From positions 1-51,939 of the forward strand of contig DAMU01000056.1 in NCBI GenBank assembly GCA_002499705.1: a stretch of DNA of 51,939 nt, read 5' to 3'. The position numbers and the translations under genes were made by a program. The notes beneath the pieces are model-generated. The model saw only the letters and a list, made by a program, of their open reading frames with translations, did no database searches and was not told the origin of the DNA. Numbering within the stretch: position 1 is the stretch's first letter; each line of letters begins with the position of its first letter. The DNA comes from Euryarchaeota archaeon UBA91 (lineage in GTDB: Archaea; Thermoplasmatota; Poseidoniia; Poseidoniales; Poseidoniaceae). Positions 17,603-26,833 of this stretch are shown here, piece after piece.

Positions 17603-19261
17603 TCAGTTTTTGACAGGATCTCGCCCTTCAAGAGTTGCTTGACGCAGTCCGCTTGACCATCGAATAATCTTCGCATGACAAGTTACCAATTGCCCTTCCT
17701 TAAGCGACTCAACAAACTCATTCTCCTCTGATATCAGTCGAATTTCAGCAGAATAAGGCCCGCCGTCAATTTCTCCTTGGATTGTTGAGCCTCCGCGATA
17801 TTCGCCCGAGGCTAACAAAGTTCTACTGCGTTCTTTGAATTTCAAGACAACAGAACGCTCTTCGCAGCGGTCGATGATGTCTTGGGATTCGCTGGACAGA
17901 CGCGTCTTCTCAAGTTCATGAATCATCTGTTCAGTGTATTCATCAATGTCTGGAACGAATTCATCATCCTTGTCCTTCGTCTCATGGTTGAGAGTGAATC
18001 CAGAGAGTTGTGAATAGATGATACTCTTCTCTTCTGGTTCGCTGACTGCACCAGGTAGAGGGAAATCACGTTCATCTGAAAGGTGATATTTCTCTGCAAA
18101 ATTTGGGCTTGTTAGAACAGTTTTTCCACCTTCTGAAGTGAGGTTCCATAATCGTAGCCCATCTTTGTAATACGGGCAATCATCTGATAAATGAAGCACT
18201 GCACCCATTAATTTCAGTGACCAGCTGGTATTTGCTCGGTTTTTCCAAGTAAAATTGCCAGGGCTATTTTCAGTAATGTGGACATAGTGCCAATCGTTTT
18301 TTGGTTCGTAATCACTGACGTAAAATCCAGCTATTGTTCCGTTGAAAGGTGGATGGAACGGTTCAAGATTCGTTGGTTTGACGGAGAGAATTTGGTCTTG
18401 AGTCTCAACGCAGGTAGTCAGCATTCCATCACTGGTAAGTTCTCCCACCCACCAATTCCAGCCCTCGATATAGACGGTGAATCTTGAACTCGAGACCCAG
18501 TTTCCTTGTCCCATCACATTTCCACCTACGAGGAAAGTTCCATCCAGTTGAATCTCTTTTGTGTTTCCGTCACTGATCTTAATGACGCGATTTGGACCTG
18601 AATCTGTTCGCAGTAACAAGGTGGTGTTTTGTTGACTCTCTTTCTTATCGGATTCAATTTCTTTTTCTAAATCTTCAAATTCGTCAGCTGTAGGATTTCT
18701 ATCTACTTCAAATCCAATGGATTCTAAGAAGTCAAACCATTCAGTCACAGTGACTTGACCACTCTTGTCAGCATCAAGAAATTTTGTGACGTTGTCCATA
18801 ACCCATGCCGGTGGGTCGACGTTAGCGAGGGTACGAACCAGAGCCGTTGCTTCTTCTGTTGTAATCACGCCATCAGCATTACTATCGAGCATTTCAGTGA
18901 GTTGGGCAGCGGTAAAACCGCTGTTTTTCAGCCACTCGCCAAAACGTTCAGCCATTTGTGCAGCCATCGGGTCGTTTTGAATCACAGCGTCTGCACTGGA
19001 ACGAGCAGAATCAACCCGTTGTCGAATTTCACTCTTGGCTGCTTCAGCAGCTCGTGTGCCGATTTTGTCTTTGACAGAGACAGCCCAATTTTGAACGGAC
19101 TCTTGTTCTGACAGAATTTGGATAATCGTTTCTCGCGGAAGGTGGTCCGGAGGGGCATCTCCCGTGAATCGGACAGCAACTTCTGCTAATTCTTGGTTGT
19201 CTAAAACGGCAAGGTTGATTCCTTTCTCCATCATTTTTTCTTCAATTTTTTTGAACGCCAT
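17603..19261 (-). CDS. EF-hand-containing multidomain hypothetical protein
   Basis: Two 12-residue EF loops DSNADGVITTEE and DADKSGQVTVTE; beta-rich central and C-terminal regions; start moved to ATG 19261 (ORF track 19333). Confidence 0.7.
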   Translation of the reverse strand: MAFKKIEEKMMEKGINLAVLDNQELAEVAVRFTGDAPPDHLPRETIIQILSEQESVQNWAVSVKDKIGTRAAEAAKSEIRQRVDSARSSADAVIQNDPMAAQMAERFGEWLKNSGFTAAQLTEMLDSNADGVITTEEATALVRTLANVDPPAWVMDNVTKFLDADKSGQVTVTEWFDFLESIGFEVDRNPTADEFEDLEKEIESDKKESQQNTTLLLRTDSGPNRVIKISDGNTKEIQLDGTFLVGGNVMGQGNWVSSSRFTVYIEGWNWWVGELTSDGMLTTCVETQDQILSVKPTNLEPFHPPFNGTIAGFYVSDYEPKNDWHYVHITENSPGNFTWKNRANTSWSLKLMGAVLHLSDDCPYYKDGLRLWNLTSEGGKTVLTSPNFAEKYHLSDERDFPLPGAVSEPEEKSIIYSQLSGFTLNHETKDKDDEFVPDIDEYTEQMIHELEKTRLSSESQDIIDRCEERSVVLKFKERSRTLLASGEYRGGSTIQGEIDGGPYSAEIRLISEENEFVESLKEGQLVTCHAKIIRWSSGLRQATLEGRDPVKN

Positions 19262-19329
19262 ATCACGTACGCCGTTGCCTTGCATGTACACAGGACAACG
19301 ACACTCCTCATCAACTTGATGCCGACAAC

Positions 19330-20697
19330 TCAATCAGGAAATTGCAGTTGAGGCCAGTCGGAATGATTCTCTTCATTCCAATGAAGTGAGCACAGAACTG
19401 CTTCAACCTCCCCTTCATTCGCTAGATCACGTTCGATTTGTAATCGGTGAAGCCATGCTTTCAGTCGACCGAGTGCTCGACCTTTGCCAAGTCCAGTTCG
19501 CTGCATAATCCAATGGCCATCGACAAGTGATTGGTTTCCGCTCTTCAAAGGCGCCAATTCCTCTAATGCTTCAAGCAAGCCATAGACCTCATCGGCAGAT
19601 TCGTTACTCGAACCCATCGAAGGTGAAAGGTCGTGACTTCGTAATACGATTTCGAGTTTCAAGTGCTGTTCCGCATGCTGTTCAAGAACTGCTCTAAACA
19701 CCCTCATACTGGCTGCCGAAGAGTTTGGAAGCGTGCCGAACCGTCGGTGAAGGTCAAGAATGTGCGTGCGTTCTTTTTTGGACATTTTCAATTCTGCAAG
19801 AGACTTTTTTACCTCTATAGAAAAGCATTCAGAGAGGATAAGTGCAAGGCGAGTAAGGCCGTCAAAGTCATGGACATACGGGTGTGAAAGTGCAGCAACA
19901 CGGAGATGCTGTGAGCGCCATTCGCCAGGTAAGAAACAATCCAAAACACCGTCGTGTGCCATCTTTTCGACCACTGCTGCTACGTTTCTGCCGTTGAGTA
20001 TTTTGAGCCACTCCATCCAAATCCTTTCATGGGTTACGGCTTTGAGCATGTGTGCGTTTTGGCGCAGTGCCTCACTTAATTCAAAATCAAATTTCCACAC
20101 TCCTGCAGTTCCTCTGTCAAGGAAGCGGTAGGCGCGCAATATGCGCAAACCATCTTCGGATATTCTTCTGTAGGCTTGTCCGACTGCTCGAAGTATTCCT
20201 CTTTCGATGTCTTTCAATCCGTGATGGGGGTCATGCATCACTTTTCGAGCGATATCAATGGCCATTGCATTGATTGTGAAATCACGTCTTTCAAGATCTT
20301 CTGAAAGAGAAACGCCCCAATGGACTTGTTCAGGACGTCGACCGTCTTCGTAATCACTTTCAGTACGCAAAGTGGTCGCTTCGTAGAATTGTTCGCCTCC
20401 ACGGAGGCTAACGGTGCCATACTCGATTCCAGTAGGAAGTGAATCAGGAAAGATTTCCATCATCTGTTGAGGTTCAAGCGAGACAGCAAAGTCGATGTCA
20501 TGAACCTCAAGACCAAGGCACGCATCACGGACTGCTCCGCCGACAATCCAAATCCCGCCGCCGTGTTCTGCAATTTTGGAAGCGATGTCAAGAACGTGAG
20601 ATGGTAGGTTCTCAAGCCAATCAACTACCCGTGTTGGGCATTCAAGAGCAGGAACATCTGCCTGTAAAGCAGGATTTGGCCAACCGTCTCTCGTCAT
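19330..20697 (-). CDS. cca: tRNA nucleotidyltransferase (CCA-adding enzyme), class II
   Basis: Motif A GGAVRD...DIDF, EATTLR, loop YEDGRRP, RRDFTINAMA, EDGLRILR, ERIWME; SD AAGGAGG. Confidence 0.88.
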   Translation of the reverse strand: MTRDGWPNPALQADVPALECPTRVVDWLENLPSHVLDIASKIAEHGGGIWIVGGAVRDACLGLEVHDIDFAVSLEPQQMMEIFPDSLPTGIEYGTVSLRGGEQFYEATTLRTESDYEDGRRPEQVHWGVSLSEDLERRDFTINAMAIDIARKVMHDPHHGLKDIERGILRAVGQAYRRISEDGLRILRAYRFLDRGTAGVWKFDFELSEALRQNAHMLKAVTHERIWMEWLKILNGRNVAAVVEKMAHDGVLDCFLPGEWRSQHLRVAALSHPYVHDFDGLTRLALILSECFSIEVKKSLAELKMSKKERTHILDLHRRFGTLPNSSAASMRVFRAVLEQHAEQHLKLEIVLRSHDLSPSMGSSNESADEVYGLLEALEELAPLKSGNQSLVDGHWIMQRTGLGKGRALGRLKAWLHRLQIERDLANEGEVEAVLCSLHWNEENHSDWPQLQFPD

Positions 20698-20728
20698 TCG
20701 AACCCTCCTTTACTTGGAATGGGGGCAC

Positions 20729-21205
20729 ATGGCAGACAAAGCATTATCGCAGAATGGCCGTTGGAAAGGCTCAATGTGGGATGAGGAAGAAGTGCATCTG
20801 GTGCCGTATGAATGGCTCAAACCGCATGAAGAAATCAAACCTCGTAATCGAGACAAACTCCTCGAGATGACCAAAAAATGGGGCGGCTATACCAAACCGC
20901 TCATTGTCGATAAGCGAACTGGAGCGATTTTAGACGGCCACCATCGGTATTCGATAGCAGGTGAATTGAATTTAGCCCGTATTCCTGCTATTTGTGTCGA
21001 TTATCTTGAAGATGATCGAATTAAAGTGGATGTATGGCCTGCTTCAGAACTCAAATCGATAACGAAGCAACAAGTGATTGACATGTGTCTTTCTGGCAAC
21101 GTCTATCCACCAAAGACAAGCCGTCATATGATTGCAGACCACCTGCCTCCAATTCATGTTCCGTTAGAGGTTCTGGCACAACATGAAGATACTCAATCGC
21201 CTTGA
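20729..21205 (+). CDS. ParB/sulfiredoxin-domain protein (SerK/SbnI-like group)
   Basis: LKPHEE, PLIVD, ILDGHHR, IPAICVDY, C-terminal YPPKTSRH; start ATG 20729 (ORF track TTG 20714). Confidence 0.8.
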   Translation: MADKALSQNGRWKGSMWDEEEVHLVPYEWLKPHEEIKPRNRDKLLEMTKKWGGYTKPLIVDKRTGAILDGHHRYSIAGELNLARIPAICVDYLEDDRIKVDVWPASELKSITKQQVIDMCLSGNVYPPKTSRHMIADHLPPIHVPLEVLAQHEDTQSP

Positions 21206-23028
21206 CGAGTGGCGATGTAGGCTCGCCATCGAGCATTTCCTTTTCCTTCTAATTTGACACCATGTTGAGGAGCAGATACAAGTTTAACCGTGTGTTCATG
21301 CATCATGCCTTCATGCGAAATCATCAATTTTACATCGGTTCCAGCTTTTCCTTTGAGCGCGGTCTTCAGTGTATTCATTGACGAGGTTCGTACGCCGTCG
21401 ATGGCGACAATTTCGTCACTTGGCATGACGCAATGGCGTATTGGTGAACCTGTGAGGTGAGAAGTAACGGTGACCTTGCCACCTTTTGCTGAGAGGTTCA
21501 CTCCAAGCCATCCATGCTTTTCATCGCCTTCTTTGAGGGGATTTTCAGCGACCAGATTTAATCCGAAAAAGGCCATTGTTGCATCCATATCAGGTGCTTT
21601 TCTCTCATGCATCAATTCATCGAGCATCGAGCCCAATTGTCGACCTCCTTTCATCGAAGTGAGCGTCCTTCGAATGTCCTTGTAGGTTACACCTAAGCGT
21701 TCAACACCTTCGTATTCCAAGGCATGTTTGCGACATAATTCTGCGGCAAGGTCGCATACGCCAACTTCGCCTTTTGAGCGACGTCGCAATTCTGAATCGA
21801 GTTGCATAAGGGCTAATTCTCCTTCAAGATAGTATGAGATTTGAGTTTCTCTTGAGAACGCATGGCCGCGATACAAGTGAATCCAAGCATCGTGACTTGA
21901 TTCAGCAAGCGATTCAGTTTCCATTCCGTGTCGTGCAGTATGACGCTTCATTTTGCGCATGAAATCCTTGCGCCAGTCTTCCTCCGACCATGCTCCTGAA
22001 CGAACACACAACATGTCGCCCAACCACGAAGTTCCACCTTCAAACCACCATAGCAAGTCGGAGTGTCCTTCGCGCTGTAAGTCGTAATCGAGGAAGTTCC
22101 GAGGCCGTAATCGTTTCACGTTCCACTGGTGGAGGTATTCATGACTGTAGAGGCTTACGAGGTCTCGATACTCATCCTCATGGCCTGGAATCAAGCATTG
22201 GCGAGGTAGCATGGATGTCTGAGAATTAAGGTGCTCTAATCCACCTCTCATGTTCTCAGTAAGATGAATAACGGTGACGTAGTTATCCCACGCAGGAATT
22301 CCAAACAGCGCATGGTGTTCTTTGACCACTTTATCCATGTCTTCTTTGAATCGTTCAAGCATGCCTGGATCTACTTCGTGTCCACCGCTGTCCCACAGTT
22401 TGAGGTGGTGTGTTCGCCCATCAACAACCCATGAATCCATCGGGTTTGGATTACATTCGATGATGGCATCAAGGAATTCATCACGGTTTGGAGAAGTGAA
22501 ACAGTGTGTAGTGCCAGAGTTTGAAGTAAGTTCACCTTTGCCAGAACGATTTCCAGTAAACGTGTATTGTGTTGCAGGTGTCCACCCTTTTGGTGAATGC
22601 AATTCAACGATATGTTCCATGTTCATTCTGGATGAATCAATCCCCTCTGTCGGCATAAACCAGGTGAAAGGAGGCATCATGTGCAGATGTGTGGTATCCA
22701 AATGGTTGGCGCGAACAGAGAGGTTGACGGCAAGAAGTTGGTAGGTAAGCATGACACTGGTCGTATCTGGAGAGAGTTTGATACGCATTGCATCGACATC
22801 TTTTCGATTCGCTGCGAGCGTATTTCCTGCTTGATCAGTGGCAATAAAATCCGTCATGTGTTGAATTGGTTCTCGCAGGAAATAGGAGCCAGGAACCCAA
22901 CGAGGGAAGTGCATGGTGAGGTTTGAGGAAGAAAAAGGTCCTTTGATTTCAATGCCAACGGAAAGTCGGCGAGACTCTCCTTCTGTAGCGTCGATAAGAA
23001 AGCGGATGCCCGAGGATTGGCGGCTCAT
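21193..23028 (-). CDS. M61 family glycyl aminopeptidase with C-terminal PDZ domain
   Basis: PRWVPGSY, GGLEH, HEYLHQWNVKRLRP, LWWFEGGTS, SYY.EG; PDZ WLGV...DEIVAIDG. Confidence 0.93.
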   Translation of the reverse strand: MSRQSSGIRFLIDATEGESRRLSVGIEIKGPFSSSNLTMHFPRWVPGSYFLREPIQHMTDFIATDQAGNTLAANRKDVDAMRIKLSPDTTSVMLTYQLLAVNLSVRANHLDTTHLHMMPPFTWFMPTEGIDSSRMNMEHIVELHSPKGWTPATQYTFTGNRSGKGELTSNSGTTHCFTSPNRDEFLDAIIECNPNPMDSWVVDGRTHHLKLWDSGGHEVDPGMLERFKEDMDKVVKEHHALFGIPAWDNYVTVIHLTENMRGGLEHLNSQTSMLPRQCLIPGHEDEYRDLVSLYSHEYLHQWNVKRLRPRNFLDYDLQREGHSDLLWWFEGGTSWLGDMLCVRSGAWSEEDWRKDFMRKMKRHTARHGMETESLAESSHDAWIHLYRGHAFSRETQISYYLEGELALMQLDSELRRRSKGEVGVCDLAAELCRKHALEYEGVERLGVTYKDIRRTLTSMKGGRQLGSMLDELMHERKAPDMDATMAFFGLNLVAENPLKEGDEKHGWLGVNLSAKGGKVTVTSHLTGSPIRHCVMPSDEIVAIDGVRTSSMNTLKTALKGKAGTDVKLMISHEGMMHEHTVKLVSAPQHGVKLEGKGNARWRAYIATRQGD

Positions 23029-24026
23029 AGACCGAGTTCAGTGGAGGCGGTAGAAAGGTTCTCTGCTGAAATGCGGAGCAACTCTTCGCTGCATTCAGCA
23101 AGGAAACTGCGATTTGCCTCAGCGATTTCCTTCTCTCCACACCGTCCAATGAGGCGTTCGATAAATCGTGCTCGCTCAATCACATCAACCGAATCATTAC
23201 CGATAATCTTCCAGCGTAGTGCGTCGATTTCTTCGCTTTTCTTTCCTTGCATCCATCGGCCAACAACGACATAGAGTTCTTGTTTGAGGAGCAACTGAAC
23301 TGCATCATCTTCTAAAGAACCGCATTGTAAGCGTAATTCTTTGACCAATGCTTTCAATGTTTGACCATCGGCTTGCTCCGCAATCTCAATCAAAACTTGC
23401 CCAGCGTTGTGCACTGCTGAAGACAACAATGGTGAGGTATTAAGTCCCCTTTTGAGAATTTCTTTCATGCTCTCCTCTGAAAGCATCTCACCGTTATCGA
23501 CAACCGCTTGTAAAGCCGCTTCACATACACCATGATTCTCATCGTATAGAGCAGCGGCACGATGCCCGGAAGTCGCTCCTTTACTCAACACCGCCATTCG
23601 ACGTATTGCGCTGTCGGTATGGGTTTGGAATGTAACTGCGAATTCGGCAGCCTGATTGCCTTTGAGTAGTGCTTCAGCAGCTTTTCTGGCACATGTCAAG
23701 TCATCATCTTCGATCAAGAGGTGAGCGATTTCAGTCGTGTCTTGAGAAAAGTCGCCAAGTAAATTGGCGGCGCAGCGCCGCGCATCAAGCCATGGATGCG
23801 TTGCTAAAGTTCGTAAAGATTCAACACCTTGCTTTGGAGCCCACTTTCGATGCGCTTCAAGTGCTTTTGAGCGGAACCAAGCATCCTTATCGTTGAGCAG
23901 AGGAACAAATCCTTCCAAAGCTCGAGGCATATCGGTATCAAACAAGACACGAATTGCACGCCTTCGCTGTCGCACATCACGGTGCTTCAAGCGAGCGATT
24001 TCGCTGTCCAAACCACCTCGTGCCAT
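23025..24026 (-). CDS. HEAT-repeat protein
   Basis: Repeated L.D.D..VR..A units (LLNDKDAWFRSKA, LIEDDDLTCARKAAEAL, LYDENHGVCEAAL); ATGA overlap with the M61 gene. Confidence 0.75.
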   Translation of the reverse strand: MARGGLDSEIARLKHRDVRQRRRAIRVLFDTDMPRALEGFVPLLNDKDAWFRSKALEAHRKWAPKQGVESLRTLATHPWLDARRCAANLLGDFSQDTTEIAHLLIEDDDLTCARKAAEALLKGNQAAEFAVTFQTHTDSAIRRMAVLSKGATSGHRAAALYDENHGVCEAALQAVVDNGEMLSEESMKEILKRGLNTSPLLSSAVHNAGQVLIEIAEQADGQTLKALVKELRLQCGSLEDDAVQLLLKQELYVVVGRWMQGKKSEEIDALRWKIIGNDSVDVIERARFIERLIGRCGEKEIAEANRSFLAECSEELLRISAENLSTASTELGL

Positions 24027-24097
24027 GATGCACCGAGCAGACGGTGCCTCATAGGGATGTGCATTACCCTTCTTATGGAGAAGAGCTACTGCGAACG

Positions 24098-25084
24098 TTA
24101 ACTGTTGAACTCGTCAAAATACTGACCGTCATCTTCATCATCTTCATCCCAATCTTCAGCACCGGGTTGAGCAAGGTTCGGACGCAACATCAATTGCACC
24201 ATTGGCCAAAGGCGCAGGAAAGATGGAGCTGCCTCCCACATCAACTGAAACATGGGGTGTTCTCCCATAGAGATGCCCCCTTCACCAGGGGGCGGTAAGT
24301 CGGCAGGTAATTGTCGAAGTTCGGTGATCAAATCTTGTAAAGCAATCCGCTCATCTTCATCTGCCATGTCAAGTTCTTCACAGGTTTCAAGGGTTAGTTC
24401 GAGTAAATCTGCCAACTCATAGGGGTTCATCGGTCCGGTTTCAGAATCCCTCATATCGACCGGACCAAACGAGACTGGCCCTAAATCGGTAGAGAACATT
24501 TCATCGCCCTGACGCTCGACTTTCATCAAGCGCTGGCCCGCAGTGTTGCCAAGTGGAGCAAGAGCAAAACCACCGTCAACGATACGAGAGGAAAGCCAAT
24601 CAGGCAAATCACGGACCTGTCCAGTAATCAACACTCGGTTCAACTCACCGGGGAACGCCACAGGTGCAACTTCTACCGCTTCTAAGACTCGAGATTCTAC
24701 TGTTGGCCAGTGGGTAAGTCGTGATTGAACATGTTCGACTGCCAGTGGAGAAGGGTCAAGCAGACGGACTCGCCCTTTCTCGCCAACAATCATGGCAATC
24801 AATGCAGCGATGTAACCACCTTTGGCTCCAAGAACCACAACCTCTTGCCCTGAGCCGAGTTCAAGATGATGCAGTAAAGTTGCAATCATATGTGGTGCTG
24901 AGATGGTCTTGAGTCCTCCTTCATCGGTTTCGATAAATGGGATTGGTCGGTCGGCGAAAAACGGTTCTACATCGTAATCGGTAAAGTCGGAAACATCGAC
25001 CTTGAGCATGGCCTTTTTGACATGCTCTGGGACTTCTATGCCACCTTTTTCAAGGCGGCGTAGCAAGTCTGGCATGTCCGTCAT
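24098..25084 (-). CDS. pcm: Protein-L-isoaspartate O-methyltransferase-like protein with C-terminal extension
   Basis: TISAPHM motif, SAM motif I variant VVVLGAKGGY, VGEKGRVRLLD, GG...APLG; acidic ~110-aa tail. Confidence 0.7.
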   Translation of the reverse strand: MTDMPDLLRRLEKGGIEVPEHVKKAMLKVDVSDFTDYDVEPFFADRPIPFIETDEGGLKTISAPHMIATLLHHLELGSGQEVVVLGAKGGYIAALIAMIVGEKGRVRLLDPSPLAVEHVQSRLTHWPTVESRVLEAVEVAPVAFPGELNRVLITGQVRDLPDWLSSRIVDGGFALAPLGNTAGQRLMKVERQGDEMFSTDLGPVSFGPVDMRDSETGPMNPYELADLLELTLETCEELDMADEDERIALQDLITELRQLPADLPPPGEGGISMGEHPMFQLMWEAAPSFLRLWPMVQLMLRPNLAQPGAEDWDEDDEDDGQYFDEFNS

Positions 25085-25124
25085 GAAGTAAGCAAGAACG
25101 CCGACTCATGTAAAGGATGGGCCT

Positions 25125-25138
25125 GAATGAATTCATTC
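25125..25138. promoter_or_regulatory. Perfect 14-bp palindrome GAATGAATTCATTC upstream of pcm
   Basis: Self-complementary sequence about 10 bp upstream of a TATA-like CTTTACAT (minus strand, 25108-25115). Confidence 0.4.
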
Positions 25139-25176
25139 GACTTTTATTCAGCACCTGCGTGTGAGACAATGCAAGT

Positions 25177-26034
25177 TCACTCAAGTTCTTTGATACTTTG
25201 TTCCAGTGGGTTGCTGGATGGTTCGGTATCGTGGAGTTTTGTGGCTGAAGATTCAAGTTCAATGTTGTTTTGAATTTGAACCATCATTTCTCTAAAATCA
25301 TCATTGGATGAATAGCCAGAATCAAGAGCATCCTCTTCCATTGTCACCATGAGTTCTCGAACGATTTCAGGAGACTTTTGCACGTCGTTAAGAGATGAGA
25401 ACATATCATCCATTAATGTCGTTTCAATACGCGCTAATTGTTCTGATATCGTCGCACGAGCAAGACCTAATTCATCGGCTAAATCAGAAACTCGAATTCG
25501 CTTGGGAGTCTCATAAAAACCTCGTTCATGTGCATATTTAGCCAAATTTACTTGTTTCGAAGATAAAACCGTAATTTCGTCAACAGTAGCGTAATGAACA
25601 GGTCGAGCGCTTATTCTATCTGGTTTTGCGATCATTCGTGCCATGATTGAAATAAGCCGCAATTTCGTGCCTGGTCCTTGAACGGTATAGGTTAATCCTT
25701 CTGCGTTAAGGAAACATTTGCCTGAAACTGCACTTGTACCGTTTGTGCGAGCATTCAAATTGACGATTGCGTGATTGAGGCGTATGAGCAACAAGTAGGC
25801 TTGATCTGAACTTTCAGGTTCGTTGAGGACTTCTAACACTTCAAAAGAAGCCAGTTCTTTACAATCTTCAGGGCCTTTATCGGGCATGAACTTAACCTTG
25901 AACACGCAACGTACATCTTTGGGGATTCTTTTGACATAAGATATGAATTCAAATTGTTCAAAAATATCATACAAAGGGCCGACACCCATCCGCCTCACTT
26001 TTTCCCTTTTCCAAAAAAACTGGGCTTCTCGCAT
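25177..26034 (-). CDS. HTH_10 (bacterio-opsin activator-type HTH) transcriptional regulator
   Basis: LSSKQ...AHERGFYETPKRI...DLADELGLARATISEQLARIE. Confidence 0.85.
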   Translation of the reverse strand: MREAQFFWKREKVRRMGVGPLYDIFEQFEFISYVKRIPKDVRCVFKVKFMPDKGPEDCKELASFEVLEVLNEPESSDQAYLLLIRLNHAIVNLNARTNGTSAVSGKCFLNAEGLTYTVQGPGTKLRLISIMARMIAKPDRISARPVHYATVDEITVLSSKQVNLAKYAHERGFYETPKRIRVSDLADELGLARATISEQLARIETTLMDDMFSSLNDVQKSPEIVRELMVTMEEDALDSGYSSNDDFREMMVQIQNNIELESSATKLHDTEPSSNPLEQSIKELE

Positions 26035-26055
26035 GGGTTAAAATTTCCAAGACGG

Positions 26056-26064
26056 GTTTTAAAC
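26056..26064 (-). promoter_or_regulatory. Putative TATA box of leaderless HTH_10 transcript
   Basis: TTTAAAA on the minus strand about 25 nt upstream of ATG 26034; no SD. Confidence 0.4.
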
Positions 26065-26118
26065 AATCTGCGGGATAGCCTATTCCTTTACGAGTGATTT
26101 TATCTCATCCTGTAGCGG

Positions 26119-26751
26119 TTAACGCATTTCAAGCCAGGCAAAGAAGGACACGATTGGAAGAAGAATGAGAATCATTCGATTTATTTTTCTTTGTTGGTCG
26201 ACATATTTGACGGTCGGTTCTGGCGATACTTCGATAGATTTGGCGCTTCTTGAACGTCGAGATATACTGACTTTTTCTTCAATACGAGAAAGCACCTTGT
26301 TTCTTAATTCCGGCTGGCGGCTGTTGGCCATACCTTGACCGACAATAAATTTGACAGAATACTGGTCGGATAACGCTAATGCTGCATCTACAACGCCTAA
26401 GACATTGGTCAAATTATGCATATCGATGCGTATTGACATACCGTCGCTTTTGATATGACTTAAGACTCTCCAATTCCCCTGCCCTTCATTGAATTGATGC
26501 AATTTTTCACGAGCATGGGCGAGCGGTTGCTGGCCAAGAAACACCGGACGTCTGCGCCGAGCTAAAAATGGACCAAGTAGAATCGATCCAATCATGGGAG
26601 GTATACACATCAAAGACACGAGTCGCTTTAATTCACCTGGGTCGGTAAGCACTGAGATGACTGCTAAACTGAAGCCGAGATAGAGGCCCATGAATGCCCC
26701 TGCTTGAAGCCCGGTTGCTATCCCAACCGGCTCTCCTTCTTTGAGGCTCAT
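26119..26751 (-). CDS. Membrane protein with Smr-like domain
   Basis: Two N-terminal and one C-terminal hydrophobic helices flanking IDMHNL...VKFIVGQG..S...LRNKV, matching the Smr pattern LDLHG...IITGKG.HS...L+..V. Confidence 0.6.
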   Translation of the reverse strand: MSLKEGEPVGIATGLQAGAFMGLYLGFSLAVISVLTDPGELKRLVSLMCIPPMIGSILLGPFLARRRRPVFLGQQPLAHAREKLHQFNEGQGNWRVLSHIKSDGMSIRIDMHNLTNVLGVVDAALALSDQYSVKFIVGQGMANSRQPELRNKVLSRIEEKVSISRRSRSAKSIEVSPEPTVKYVDQQRKINRMILILLPIVSFFAWLEMR

Positions 26752-26833
26752 GCTACCTCTAATCGGCCTTTACACATCAATACTCGCCTCAGGTAGAGCG
26801 AAACTTCATCAATTGTCTTTGCTTGCTAAAGAT

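Noticed and set aside
20729..21205. ParABS partition system
   Set aside because: No HTH, no parA and no parS palindrome; the motifs fit the kinase-like ParB/Srx branch.
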